From: Octopus bimaculoides | Taxonomy: Eukaryota | Direction: 5' to 3' | Assembly: GCF_001194135.2 (NCBI RefSeq) | Contig: NC_068982.1 | Span: 12,418,948 to 12,466,093 of the forward strand | DNA: 47,146 nucleotides | Program-made: the position numbers and the translations under genes | Shown: piece after piece, positions 21,561 to 33,772 of the stretch | How the letters are laid out: every line of letters begins with the position of its first letter | Position numbering within the stretch: position 1 is the stretch's first letter | The notes under the pieces: model-generated | Seen by the model: only the letters and a program-made list of their open reading frames with translations | Told to the model about the DNA's origin: nothing | Databases searched by the model: none

Positions 21561-22639
21561 TATGCATGACATTGAACTGTATGATTTCTGTACATCACTG
21601 TTTCATCATTTGACCAGAAATCCAGCTGTGGCTATCTTGGTTTCTTTTTATTTTCGGCATAATTTATCCAGTGCTTGGTTATCCAGAATATTCCCTTTTT
21701 AAAACAGTAAGGTGCTGATAATTATCAGTAATATACAAATGTCAGTCAAGTCTAATATATACTCAATTTCAATAATGTTTTTGTACTAATCTGAGAAATG
21801 ATTAATGAATCACAAAAGGAAGCATGTGGTAGTCCATTGAAGCTTCTCCAAGATCATTGATGTGGTAAGCATATTGTTTTAATAGCAGGCCTTGTAGGAA
21901 AAACCTAGTTCTGTACACACTGGATAATTTTAAATGTAGATAGAATGTTTTTAGCATGCTTTTAAAGGATGAATAAATTTCAGTGATAGAAAAAGGTAGC
22001 AGAAAATTAGTCAAAAATGCTGGATTGCAGTGAATTTTTCAGTCAAGCAGGTCCAAAACTAGTAGAGGTTTTGAATTTTGAATCTTATGTATAACAACTG
22101 TAAGATAAGTGTATCAACATTTGCAAACCAAACTTTAAACAAATTTATGGATCAATCTAAAATGTTAGTAAAACCTTTAAAATTCCAGTTTTAATATATT
22201 TCAATAAAATTCTTGTTTTTATTGTTCCCTTTGAATACCATCTTGCTCAAAACCTCTGCTTCGCATTCATTGCAGTTATGTCTTCTTCCTTTTCTCATTT
22301 TCATTTTTAAACTTGATTCACTTTGTTGTTACATCCCCCTGTTATCATGAAAATATTATTAAAATAATTATGATTTTAATACAAAGGAAATATCATTCAC
22401 ATATAGCAAATAAAAATACGTTTTAAATTTTGATTTTTTTTCTTGTAAATAATTTCAAGTTAGAAAAATATATAAATCATGTTGAGTGCTATGGCACCAC
22501 TTGTAGCAGTGTTGTTACTCTCAGCTCCTGATGGGTTGTAGAGGTACTTCTGGAATATATGGCCTGTCTTGAGAATTTTAACACCTGAAGAGCCCATCAA
22601 TCTCAACCTGAACACAGCCAATTTCTTCCTGAGAGAAAA

Positions 22640-22812
22640 GCTGAATAAGAGAGAAAGGGAGAGGGGAGATGGAGGGAGGGAGGGAGAGGGGGATATGGAG
22701 GGAGGGAAAGGGGTGAGATGGATGGAGGGAGAGGGGCGAGATGGAGGGAGGGAGAGGGGGAAGGCAAGAGAGAAGGAGAAGGAGAGAGACATAGAAAGAG
22801 AGAGAGAGAGGG
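22640..22812. repeat. GA-rich purine tract
   Basis: (GGAG)n/(GA)n. Confidence 0.92.
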
Positions 22813-22814
22813 GT

Positions 22815-22965
22815 AGTATTAATCCCAGTACTTCATTTGTACTCAACTTATCAGCATCAAGAGCATGGAAAACGAAGTTAGCCCTGGCAGGATTTGAAAT
22901 CACACAATGGAAAAAGAGCTGGAATACTACAAGGTATTATGTGATGCTGTAACAACTCTACCAGG
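22815..22965 (-). mobile_element. Old diverged SINE A-like copy
   Basis: ccagtact...gtac..atttgaaatc pattern matches A core and B-box. Confidence 0.5.
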
Positions 22966-23020
22966 CAAAATTATGTTGTACGACATACATACACACACAC
23001 AAATACATACATTTGCATGT

Positions 23021-23073
<53 letters not shown>

Positions 23074-23081
23074 TACGCACA

Positions 23082-23205
23082 TATGAGGGAGTGATGATGG
23101 AAAATTCCTGGCTACTTTGATTAAAAGAAAATACAGAAGGATCAGTTAATTATGATTTTATTCAAAATATTCCCCTCTCAGATTCACACACTTATTGCAG
23201 CAGTC
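23082..23205 (+). mobile_element. Mariner-like terminal fragment
   Basis: TA-tgaggg..tgatggaaaattcctgg start resembles mariner TIR tacgaggg..tgaaaagtt; no partner TIR seen. Confidence 0.45.
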
Positions 23206-23650
23206 CTTCTGAACCTGAAGCCATGTGGGTTTGAAGCAAACTTCTTACACACAAAACCATGCTTGCAGCTATAAACATACAAATATAGCATAGTATAAAC
23301 ACATGCTGTATACTATAGTATAGTATAAACACATGCAGCAGCAAGGATAGTAATTAAGGTGTGTACCATTATTTTTAACATGTTCTTGTATACTTGAATG
23401 TAAAGAGTTTTATCTCAGAGATATTGTGTATAAAAACTCATTGAGCTGAGCCCTGAATGATCTCAACAGATTACCAGATAAGGGGTTTTGATGTGATTTT
23501 GGTTCCCCAGTGACAGTGTTAAAAATGAATGCACACATCTATCTTTTAATCCTTACTACTTAAAATAATGTAGACACGCACACACACGCATGTACTATGT
23601 TCCATAAACTAAGATAAAAATCACCCAGAAGGAAGTGTTTCTCTTATTTA

Positions 23651-24391
23651 CCTTTGCCTTAGCGAAGGCAGAGGTATTGTTTTCAGTCATGTTTGTTTGT
23701 TTGCTTGTCTTTGGACATGATATCTGAAGAACTGCTGGATGGATTCGAATGAAGCCTTCAGGGATGTTTGACTGGCACGAACTCATTAGATTTTGGGATC
23801 GATCCAGTACCGGACAAGGATTCTGGGTTATTTTTCCAGTTTTTTAACTTAATTTTTCAGAGCGGTAGGATTCATTTTTAGTATTCTTGTTTGTAAGAGC
23901 AGTTGAGTTTATTTCAGATATTCTCATTTTAAAAAATCATCTCTGGCTCATCATTGAGAGAACGTTGGTGTTGCCTTGGTGGAGGTTTGCGCTCTCTGAA
24001 TACTCTTGTTATCATTATTATTACCTCTGCCTTAGCAATGGTGGAGGCATTATTTTCAGTCATGTTGTGTTTGTTTGTTTGTCCATGGACAAAATATCTC
24101 AAGAACCACTGGATGGATTCGAATGAAACTTTCAGAGATGTTTGGGCTCATAACTGGCACGAACTAATTAGATTTGGGGATCGATCCAGTACCGAACAAG
24201 GATTCTGGGTTATTTTTCCAGTTTTTTTGCTTAACTTTTGAGAGCAGTCGGGTTCATTTTTAGTATTCTCATTTGTGAGAGCAGTCAAGTTTATTTCAGA
24301 TATTCTCATTTTAAAAATCATCTCTGGCTAATCATTGAGAGGACGTTGGTGTTGCCCTGGCAGAGGTTTGCACTCTCTGAGTGCTCTTGTT
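23651..24391 (-). mobile_element. Two full head-to-tail HINE-like copies (23651-24010, 24024-24391)
   Basis: Reverse complement of family at 2174-2698; hairpin ctttgcctt-agcg-aaggcagag. Confidence 0.7.
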
Positions 24392-25094
24392 TTTGTAATG
24401 TTTTTAAGCACTGACACTCAAATTTAAATATTTTTAAGCATCAAACGCCATATTTAAATAACGAGTGGCATCTCAACATATCAAGAGCAATGATGTATCT
24501 AAGTTTAATATCTGAACTACAGCATGTGCAACTTCACTGTTTCGACTATAGTTTTCATTCAATTTTGTTTTTTAATTTTCAAATGATTTATAAATTTTAT
24601 TTCTAATCTAAAAGATTTCAATGAGTAACTTGACAAAATTCAAATAACATATTTCCTTAATTTCAACATCATAATAAATTCTATTTGAATTTATTTTTAT
24701 TCCAAAATGTCAATACTTGACGGCTTTTTCAACCATCATTGGAAAAAACGCAAAAGAAAAAAGCGAGGTGTAAGGAAGGAGGAAAGGAGAAAAAAAATAT
24801 CACTTCTTTTATCTTTTATCACTAATAATTTGTCTCCATTTTTTTTTTATTTGCAATTATAAGAAATTTCAATGTTTCTTCCTCTGTTTTAGATATAAAA
24901 TATATTTTCACTTGTTTATTTTTATCTGTCAGACAACATTGCAAGAATGCATCCATATTATTTAACAGCTGTAGAACCAAATAAAAATTACGATCATTAG
25001 ATTTATCAAAGATTTCTGTCCTCTTACAGCTAGTTTGCAAGAAACCAATATTGGCTTAACATTAATGTCAAATTCACTTTTCATTTGGAACTCA

Positions 25095-25345
25095 TTATTA
25101 TCGTCTTCAGCATCATCATCATCATCATCGCCATCATCATCATCATCATAACCACCACCATCAACACCACCACCACCACCACCACCACCACCACTACCAC
25201 CACCACCACCTCCACCACCNNNNNNNNNNNNNNNNNNNNNNNNNNNNNNNNNNNNNNNNTCCTCATTGTCATCACTGTTGTCATCGTCGTCGTTTTCATT
25301 GTCTTTGTTGTTGACATCATCGTCATGGCCATTGTCATCATTGTA
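25095..25345. repeat. (CAT)n/(CAC)n trinucleotide tract with gap
   Basis: Direct reading. Confidence 0.95.
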
Positions 25346-25676
25346 ATTTTAATGTGTACTTTTCTACTTTTCCATGTTCGCATAGGTTAGATGGAATTTG
25401 CTAAGGCAGATTTTTCTATGGCTGGATGCTTTTCCTGTTACTAACCTTCAACTCTTTCCAAGTAAGGTCATATTTCCCCCTGGCCTTACATGTTTTCAAA
25501 CTAGATTGGAAATAGACATCATTTGTATGACAGTAATACTCTGATCAACTATCATAAGATATCAAGTCAAAGAAGCACGCATGCACACATACACACACAT
25601 GCACATGCATGCACACATGCACACATACATGCATGCACACACATGCATGCACACACATGCACATGCACGTATTCAA

Positions 25677-25906
25677 GGCAGCGAGCTGGCAGAAACGTTA
25701 GCACACCGGGCAAAATGCTTAGCGGTATTTGTCTGCCGCTACGTTCTGAGTTCAAATTCCGCCGAGGTCTACTTTGCCTTTCATCCTTTCGGGGTCGATA
25801 AATTAAGTACCAATTACGCACTGAGGTCGATATAATCGACTTAATCCCTTTGTCTGTCCTTGTTTGTCCCTTCTGTGTGTAGCCCCTTGTGGGTAGTAAA
25901 GAAATA
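25677..25906 (+). mobile_element. SINE A1, near-consensus
   Basis: Full head and tail. Confidence 0.93.
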
Positions 25907-25929
25907 ACACACATGCAAACATACACATA

Positions 25930-26137
25930 CCTATGCACATACAGATATACACACATATATATATATGACAGGCTTCTTTCAGTTTCCTTCTATGAAATCC
26001 ACTCACAAAGCCTCGGTTGACCTCGGGTTACAGTGGAAGAGATTTGCCAAATGCTCCAGGTTTCCTGCAATGGAACTGAAGTTGAAACAATGTGATTGGA
26101 AAGTAAGTTTCTCCCTCCCACAGCAACGCCTGCTCCT
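25930..26137 (-). mobile_element. SINE B 5' half, diverged
   Basis: ggcttctttcagtttcc..aaatccactcacaaagcc. Confidence 0.8.
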
Positions 26138-26533
26138 ATGCAAGCCACACTTGTGCCTAAAGCCAAGCCCTCAACTATAGCTAAGCTTTCACCCAAGTTA
26201 TTCTAAAATATTTGCTTATTTATTCACTACTAATTATCAAGCACTCTTCAAGCAAAAATTTTATGTTGTCAGGAGGGCATTAATACATATATTTATATGG
26301 ATTAATCAATCAGTAATTTAGTAAATTGATTAGGTCAGATATATTGGTCTTTTGTTCTATTGAACATGTGATCATTAAAAGCAATAAATTATCGTTAGTG
26401 AAAGATAAGCATATTTCAAAGTAAATATGTAACAGGTAGTGTATCAAAAATCTAAAAATAATAAAAGGCTTCAGAAAAACATTGGCTCTTAGCTTTTGAG
26501 TCTCTAGAAAAAAACTTCTGAAGTGTGGCTGTC

Positions 26534-26835
26534 ATCATCATCATCATCATTTAACGTCTGCTTTCCATGCTAGCATGGGTTGGATGATTTGATTGGGGAC
26601 TGGCGAAGCAAATGGCTACACCAGACTCCAATCTGATCTGGCAGAGTTTCTACAGTTGGATGCACTTCCTAACGCCAACCACTCCGAGAGTGTAGTGGGT
26701 GCTTTTTACGTGCCACCAACACGAGAGCCAGTCCGGCGGTACTGGCAACGGCCATGCTCAAATGGTATTTTTTATGTGCCACCTGCACAGGAGTCAGCCA
26801 ATGGTTTGTTCACATGCCACTGGCACAAGTGCCAG
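26534..26835 (-). mobile_element. Family D element
   Basis: (CAT)n-tttaacgtctgctttccatgctagcatgggttgg... Confidence 0.9.
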
Positions 26836-27241
26836 TGGTAAGAAATTTGTTTCCTAACTACATGGTTCTGAGTTCAGCTCCACAGTGTGGCACAGTGTGG
26901 CACCTTGGGCAGGTGTATTTTACTATAGCCTCTGGCCAGCCAAAGCCTTGTGAGTGGATTTGGTAGACAGAATCTGAAAGAAGACCATCCTATGTGTTTG
27001 TGTGTGTGTTTGCGTGTGTGTTTGTGTGTGTGTGTGTGTGTGTTTGTCCTCCACCTCCACTTGACAGCCAATGATGTTGTGTTCAAGTCTCTGTAACTTA
27101 GCAGTTTGGCAAAAGAGTCTGACCAGGCTTGAAAAAAAGAATACCTAAGTACTGTGATTGATTTGTTTGACTAAAATTCTTCAAGGCAGTGCCCCAGCAT
27201 GGCCACAAACAAATGACTGAAAACAAGTAAAAAGTAAAAGT
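26836..27241 (+). mobile_element. SINE family B
   Basis: Similarity to B consensus. Confidence 0.88.
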
Positions 27242-28123
27242 TTAAAGATATCTCTATGAACCTTATGCTATCATAAAACATTTTAGATGTCTGTTAGTCA
27301 TAGCAAGAAGCAAAATGTATCCCCGATCAGAAGGAAATAATGTATTCATTTTCTATAGTTATTTGCTTTGAAACTATTTCTATCTAAAGATTCTTTGAAT
27401 TCACTTAAATCATTCTCAGTGATTTATTTTTACTTGGAATGTTGGCTAAACTCTTACATCATATAAAATTGTCATTCTTATTTACCCTATCGTTATAATT
27501 CTCCATTGCCAGGAAATACTGTGTTTTCCTTTCTCTTTTGATTCAGTTTCTCATAATTTGGTATTGTCACTCTCTGTTATTAAAAGAGAAAACCAGGATA
27601 ACGAAGTGACATGATCAGAGAAGAATGAAGGCTGCGGTGGGCGGGAGGGAGAATGTATTGCAGGATTTAGTTAAGTCCCTTTATGTTGTGACTTGTAATT
27701 CTACTGGAATTAGTTTTACCTTTTATCTTCTGTAGTGATATACAGGAAAATTATTCAATTGATTATCAACTTTCTGTTTAAATTTCTGGTTTTGTAAACA
27801 TGTAAGAAATACCATTATTATTAAAGGAGGAATAATAATTTGTGGTTTCTTTGCAGTGGTACCACATTAGAAGGAATGATTATCATTTGTTATTTAGCCT
27901 TGTTTCCAACAAAATATATGTGCTAATATTTAGCAATTATTTGAACTGATAGAAGAAAAATGTTTTGAATTGTTAATCTTACTTTTCCATTTTTCTGTAA
28001 GACATCAGTTTTTCTGCTATTTAGCCCTAGGAAGCTGGACTGCTTCCTGTCAGCCTTGACACATTTCCTGTGTCCTTATGTTTGTGAGGGGGAGACAAGC
28101 ACCTCCACCCAGCCTAGCCTGCA

Positions 28124-28165
28124 TTCAGAGACATGTTTCGAGTCTTTGCTCGTCATCAGCCTGAA
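28124..28165 (-). ncRNA. Apparently intact minimal type-I hammerhead ribozyme (GUC site)
   Basis: uucagg-CUGAUGA-c-gag[caaaga]cuc-GAAA-CAUGU-C-ucugaa: 6-bp stem I, stem II, self-complementary ACAUGU stem III. Confidence 0.8.
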
Positions 28166-28476
28166 GTAGCACGACCAGCTGGATGAAGGTGCCTGTCAAC
28201 CTCTCACAAATATATATATTTCTAGTGAAAACACATTCACTAGGGCAAAATAGCAGCAGTATGATTCCCTTATTGGGACTGTCACATTAAGTTGACAGTA
28301 TACAACTGCTTTATCGTAACACTGCTGCTTAAGTCTCTTTGTGAGATTTATAATTAGATCATTTCTAATCAATATTTTTTTTCTATTGGATGCCATAAAA
28401 ACATGTTGTTCAAGCTGGAATTGAACTTATAAACTTATAGTGTTAATATACAAAATTAATAGATAACTTTTTAATC

Positions 28477-29035
28477 CAGTGGCTCTCAGCCAGTGTCCCC
28501 ATGACCGTTGGGGTCTGTATGACCCTTAGGGGTCCATGTAAGACTTTGTTGGTGCAATAAATTGTTTATATTTCTACAATGCGCAGGACTGGCTGTGTGG
28601 TAAGTACCTTGCTTACCAACCACATGGTTCTGGGTTCAGTCCCACTGTGTTGCACCTTGGGCAAGTGTCTTCTACTATAGCCTCGGGCCGACCAGAGCCT
28701 TGTGAGTGGATTTGGTAGACGGAAACTGAAAGAAGCCCGTCATATATATGTATATATATGTGTACATGAGTGTGTGTATATGTTCGTGTGTCTGTGTTTG
28801 TCTCCCCACCACATCACTTGACAACCGATGGTGGTGTGTTTACGTCCCCGTAACTTAGTAGTTCAGCAAAAGAGACCGATAAAATAAGTACTAGGCTTAC
28901 AAAGAATAAGTCCTGGGGTCGATTTGCTCAACTAAAAGCGGTGCTCTAGCATGACCACAGTCAAATGACTGAAACAAGTAAAAGAGTAAAGAGTAATGCA
29001 CAAAACATTTTAACAATTTTTCTGTACAAAGGCCC
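28477..29035 (+). mobile_element. hAT-like MITE interrupted by SINE B (28581-28993)
   Basis: cagtggctctcagcc start; sequence resumes gcacaaaacatttt after the SINE as in the uninterrupted copy at 2017. Confidence 0.6.
28581..28993 (+). mobile_element. SINE family B, near-consensus
   Basis: Full length. Confidence 0.93.
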
Positions 29036-29184
29036 CCGCCACACACACACACCTGCCATTCTTTTTCTGTGTGGCAAAAGCATAGGAAGAATGTGTTTAT
29101 GTTTTAAATATTTCTCTTATGACCAGGATTTCTTATAGCTAAATTTATTTCAGTCTTTCTGACTCATGCTGTGTTACTGATTAC

Positions 29185-29519
29185 TCTTTTACAAATCGAC
29201 CCCAGGACTTATTCTTTGTAAGCCTAGTACTTATTCTATCGGTCTCTTTTGCCAAACTGCTAATGTTACGGGGACGTAAACTCACCAGCATCGGTTGTCA
29301 AGCGATGTTGGGGGGACAAACACAGACACACAAACATATATACACACACATACATATATACATATATATGGCGGGCTTATTTCAATTTCAGTCTACCAAA
29401 TCCACTCATAAGGCTTTGGTCGGCCTGAGACTATAGCAGAAGACACTTGCCCAAGTTGCCACACAGTGGTACTAAACCAAGTGGTTCGTAAGCAAGCTAC
29501 TTGCCACCCAGCCACTCCT
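29185..29519 (-). mobile_element. SINE family B
   Basis: Similarity to B consensus. Confidence 0.9.
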
Positions 29520-29714
29520 ATGTTGTTGTGCACGAAATATATATATTGTTTGATAGTTGTTTCTAGCAAAGGCCCAAGGTGTAAAATTTTGAGTAAGGAG
29601 GTTAGTTAATATCATTGACCTCAGTGTTTGACTGGCATTTATTTTGTCAATCTCAAATCAATGAAAATTGACGGTGACCTTGGTGAGATTTTAATAATAA
29701 TGATAAAAATGGCA

Positions 29715-29972
29715 ACTTTAGCAGTAGTAGTAAGCTGTGCTGGTGCCACGTAAAAAAAGCATCTATTCCAGTGCTATGTAAAGGAGCACTTGTACTGGTA
29801 TCATGCCAGTATCGCACATGAAGCCCCTGTGCTGGTGCCATGTAAGACTCAGCAAAGGGGTTACCAAAACAGATGACTGAAACTTGATGCAGCCCTCCAG
29901 TTTGCCAGCTCCATGTCAAACTGTCCAACCCATGCCAACATGGAAAACAAACTTTGAATAATGATGATGATG
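29715..29972 (+). mobile_element. Family D element
   Basis: ggtgccacgtaaaaa repeats, ccaacccatgccaacatggaaa, (GAT)n. Confidence 0.8.
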
Positions 29973-30949
29973 TAAGCTGGGGTAAAAAAGAGATAAGAGA
30001 GTAAAGACTAAAGAATAGAATAATTTGCACTGACACCTTTCAGTATCGGTGTTAGTATGCATGATTTAGTATTAAAAATATCACATATTAATTACATTTT
30101 GTGATTGTACATCTCAAAAAAGAAAAGGTTGTAGTAAACAGCGAATGCTGGAGAATAGTTTAAGATATAAATCATTAATATTGATCATTATCATTCTAGT
30201 TTGCAACGGAATTTGGTGCAGGCTGAGCTATGGTAGAATCTTGTCATTTAGTCTGTTAGAAATAGGAATCAAGTCTCTCTCAAAGCTCACTTTTCACCCT
30301 TAAAAGCAGTGGCGTATGGGGATTGCTGTCACAGGCTGTGCTACCTTATTGAACCTGCTACTCTGGTATTTGTATAAGCCTACAACTTTAAGCAATATAT
30401 ATAATCACTGTGTGTTTATCTTTATATTCAATATCACTTAATCTTTGTTTCTAAGTGTGAACTATTTAAAGTTGAACAGAGATCATGACCAGATTATTTA
30501 TAAAGGAAATTTGCTATCTTTGGTGAATATCCAGTGCTCTCCCATCAGGTTCAAAATATGGAACCTTGTTTAAAATTCAGAGGATACAAACAGGATAATG
30601 TAGTCTATGTACGGAAATAAGAAAAGAGTGGATGGTCAAAACTAGGATCTCTTTGATCAAAAACCTACTCAATCAAAGTTAACCTGGCAATGGTAACCAT
30701 TTGGTGCCTAGTATTTGTGGAGTGTAATGGTAAGAAAAATAGTTAATAAATTATTATGGCGGCAACAAAGATTCTCACAAAAAGAGAGATAAAATTTTCA
30801 CTGCTAAAATTTTAATCTGAAACAGGAGCAAAACAGAGATATAATACTGGCAAATTTGATTACCATCATGAACAAACATACACATGTAACTAATAATTTT
30901 CTAAGCTGAATACACTAAATATAATTAAAAATTATCTTAAATCTAAATG

Positions 30950-31260
30950 AGAAATTTGGAGCAACAAAATTTGCCATACAGAAACAGACTATTGTCACAA
31001 GGCACATTATAAGAAACATGTACAATCATAGTAGCATAAATGAAAATTGTAAGCTTTGTCACAAGATTTCCAATACATTACACCATATTCGATCTGAATG
31101 TCCAAAAATATCCCTCCAAAATATGCTTGGAAACAGCTAATGACTGTCATTACATTGTGAACTCAATGAGGGCAAAGATAAAAACAAAAACTTAAATAAT
31201 CCATTAGTGGTCACCCATAATCCTAGAGACCATAATGTCTTACATTCAACCAAATGATAC
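30950..31260 (+). pseudogene. Decayed RLE-type LINE fragment with CCHC zinc knuckle
   Basis: FAIQKQTIVTRHIIRN...CKLCHKISNTLHHIRSEC (CX2CX8HX4C at 31048-31101). Confidence 0.75.
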
Positions 31261-31494
31261 CTTCCAATGTTATGTCATTCGTCAAATTTAAGAAAATTAA
31301 TTGAAGAACCATAATTTATCAACAGCTGAAGACAATCATCATATCTTGGAGGACTATAAGCAAAGGTGAAATCCCCATCAGGAGAAGAACCAACATGAGT
31401 AAGAAAGTAGCAGACAGCTTGATATTTATGCAAATGGAGAATACAAAACATTTTGTTCTGGTGCCATATAAAAATCACCCAATACATTCTGTAA

Positions 31495-31652
31495 AGTGGT
31501 TGGTGTTAGGAAGGGTACCCAACTGTAGAAACCATGCCAAAACAGACAAATGGAGCCTGGTGCAGCTCTAGCTGGTCAGCTCCTGTGAAACCATCCAATG
31601 CATGCCAGCATGGAAAATGGTGATGATGATGATGATGTTAACGATGATGATG
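31495..31652 (+). mobile_element. Family D 3' end
   Basis: gttggtgttaggaaggg...catgccagcatggaaaatgg(gat)n. Confidence 0.85.
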
Positions 31653-31904
31653 AACTACAAAAAGCAAAAGAAGAATACCTTTTAAGAATTCTGAATATGA
31701 AACTAAGCCAGAAATGATCAACACTGTTATTAAAAACAACTTCCTCTATATAGATTATCCCATAACATGTGTGTTTGAAAAGCTATAAACAGCAAAAGCA
31801 CTTACACATACAAACACTTCTTTGTATCATTCTGATTAAAATCTTTTTTATATAATTACTAATCTTAAATTTTAGAAAGTCTTTCTTCAGATATATATGT
31901 GTGT

Positions 31905-31931
31905 GTGAGTGAGCATATGTGTGAGTGTGTG

Positions 31932-31990
<59 letters not shown>

Positions 31991-32005
31991 ATGCGTACAT
32001 ACACG
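31905..32005. repeat. (TG)n microsatellite
   Basis: Direct reading. Confidence 0.97.
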
Positions 32006-32521
32006 TGCGTACACTTGAGTAATCTGTTTTGACTCTTACAGAAAAGATTCTGTGATGTTGTGATATTCGTGTGAAGCTTGACCTTTACTTAAGAACAAGA
32101 GTTACATGGAATTCTTAAAGTATAAACTGTTTATTAAGAAGCGTCTAACAAATAAATTCTATTTTCCACAACAAAATTCATAACACTCTTTCGTTAATCA
32201 GCATTAGAATGCTGAATAAGTTTTATCTCATGTAGTACCAAACTACAAAGTCAAGGAGTTTACACTGTCTCAGCAATTTAATTAGAAATAATAGAACTTA
32301 CAAGAAATATGCTGTAATTGTTACAACAAATGATAGAAAATTCTTTAAAAACATTGGAAAGTTACCCATAAGGATCGATAAAAGCATGCTCTAGAAAATA
32401 TCACGAATAGTTTGTCAATATTGTTAAAAGCATTTTGAATATTTGAATCCTTTATCTTCTAACAGATATATTTTGAGATATAAGAAATGAAAGTATTGAT
32501 GTATTTCTAAAATCATAAATG

Positions 32522-32526
32522 ATAAC

Positions 32527-32607
<81 letters not shown>
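32522..32607. repeat. (AAT)n microsatellite
   Basis: Direct reading. Confidence 0.97.
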
Positions 32608-32609
<2 letters not shown>

Positions 32610-32738
32610 TGTTGGTTTTTATGTTTAGTTATCAGCTTGTAAGCAAGTTGTAATCATTTCTGCTAGTGGCTCTGTTAAACACAATTTATTTTACTGAGTT
32701 GAAGCAGAAATCCATATTGGAAATGTTTCTAGTCAGTA

Positions 32739-32813
32739 TCAAGCTTTTGTTTGAAAGTATTCAAAAACTTCTTCTGTAACATTTGCTAAAATGTTTTCAA
32801 GGAATCGGCAAGT
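32739..32813 (-). CDS. Candidate terminal exon (TCRFLENILANVTEEVFEYFQTKA*) of unknown minus-strand gene
   Basis: Acceptor accttattcttaacttcAG, phase-0 frame longest open, AATAAA at 32685-32690. Confidence 0.4.
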   Translation of the reverse strand, partial: TCRFLENILANVTEEVFEYFQTKA

Positions 32814-32922
32814 CTGAAGTTAAGAATAAGGTTGCATTTGTAGCTTGTACTTTTTCTTGTTTCAGACTTTATTACTCAGTCTCTCTCTTTCTGTGTGTAA
32901 GCGTCTATGTATATACATATAT

Positions 32923-32955
<33 letters not shown>

Positions 32956-33377
32956 GATATATATATATATATATAGAGATATATTATATACAGAGCTAAC
33001 CACAAAGAATTTTTCCGAAAACAAAGACTTTGAAGGAACAGCTTTGTAGATCCTTCGCAGCTCTTGCTGATAGAGGAATCTTTTGATGTCGGGACTCATT
33101 TTTGTTTGCAAAACTCATTTGATCAATCTTTCAACTTTTTAAAATGGCCTGTGAAATTCAATTGGATTCTTTTACCTAAAGTCAATAACTTTAATGCACC
33201 AAAATTGGAGATGTTGTTCATTTTAAGTATTTGGATTTCTTTGTGGTCAGAGAACTTTGTTATGATAGCCATTCTCCCTAAGATCTTGTTTTTGACAGGT
33301 CATTTAGCTATAAGAAAAACTTTTTGATTGAAATTGCCCTTTTAATTGCCGCTATAATTTTGGAACCATCTTTTATC

Positions 33378-33772
33378 TGTTACTTGCTTCAATCATTGAA
33401 CTGTGGCCATACTGGTGCATTGCCTTGAAGTATCTGAGTCATATGAATTGATCCCAGTACTCTTTTTTTAAAGTCTGGTTCTTATTCTGTCAGCCTTTTT
33501 TTTTTACCATACTGCTAAGGTATGGGGATGTAAACACACCAACACCGGTTGTCAAGTGGAGGTGGGGTGGGACACAAACACAGACGCAAATACACACTCA
33601 CACATACTTGACTAGCTTCTTTCAGTTACCGTCTTCCAAATGCACTCATAAGGCTTTAGTTGGCTTGAGTTTATAATAGAAGACAGTTGCCCAAGGTGTC
33701 ATACAGTGAGACTGAACCTGGAACCATGTGATTGAGAAGCAAACTTCTTACCACACAGCCACACCTGTGCCT
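33378..33772 (-). mobile_element. SINE family B, diverged
   Basis: Similarity to B consensus. Confidence 0.88.

Noticed and set aside
33064-33327. 87-aa plus ORF and overlapping minus frames
   Set aside because: No consistent splice-bounded frame on either strand; no recognisable motif
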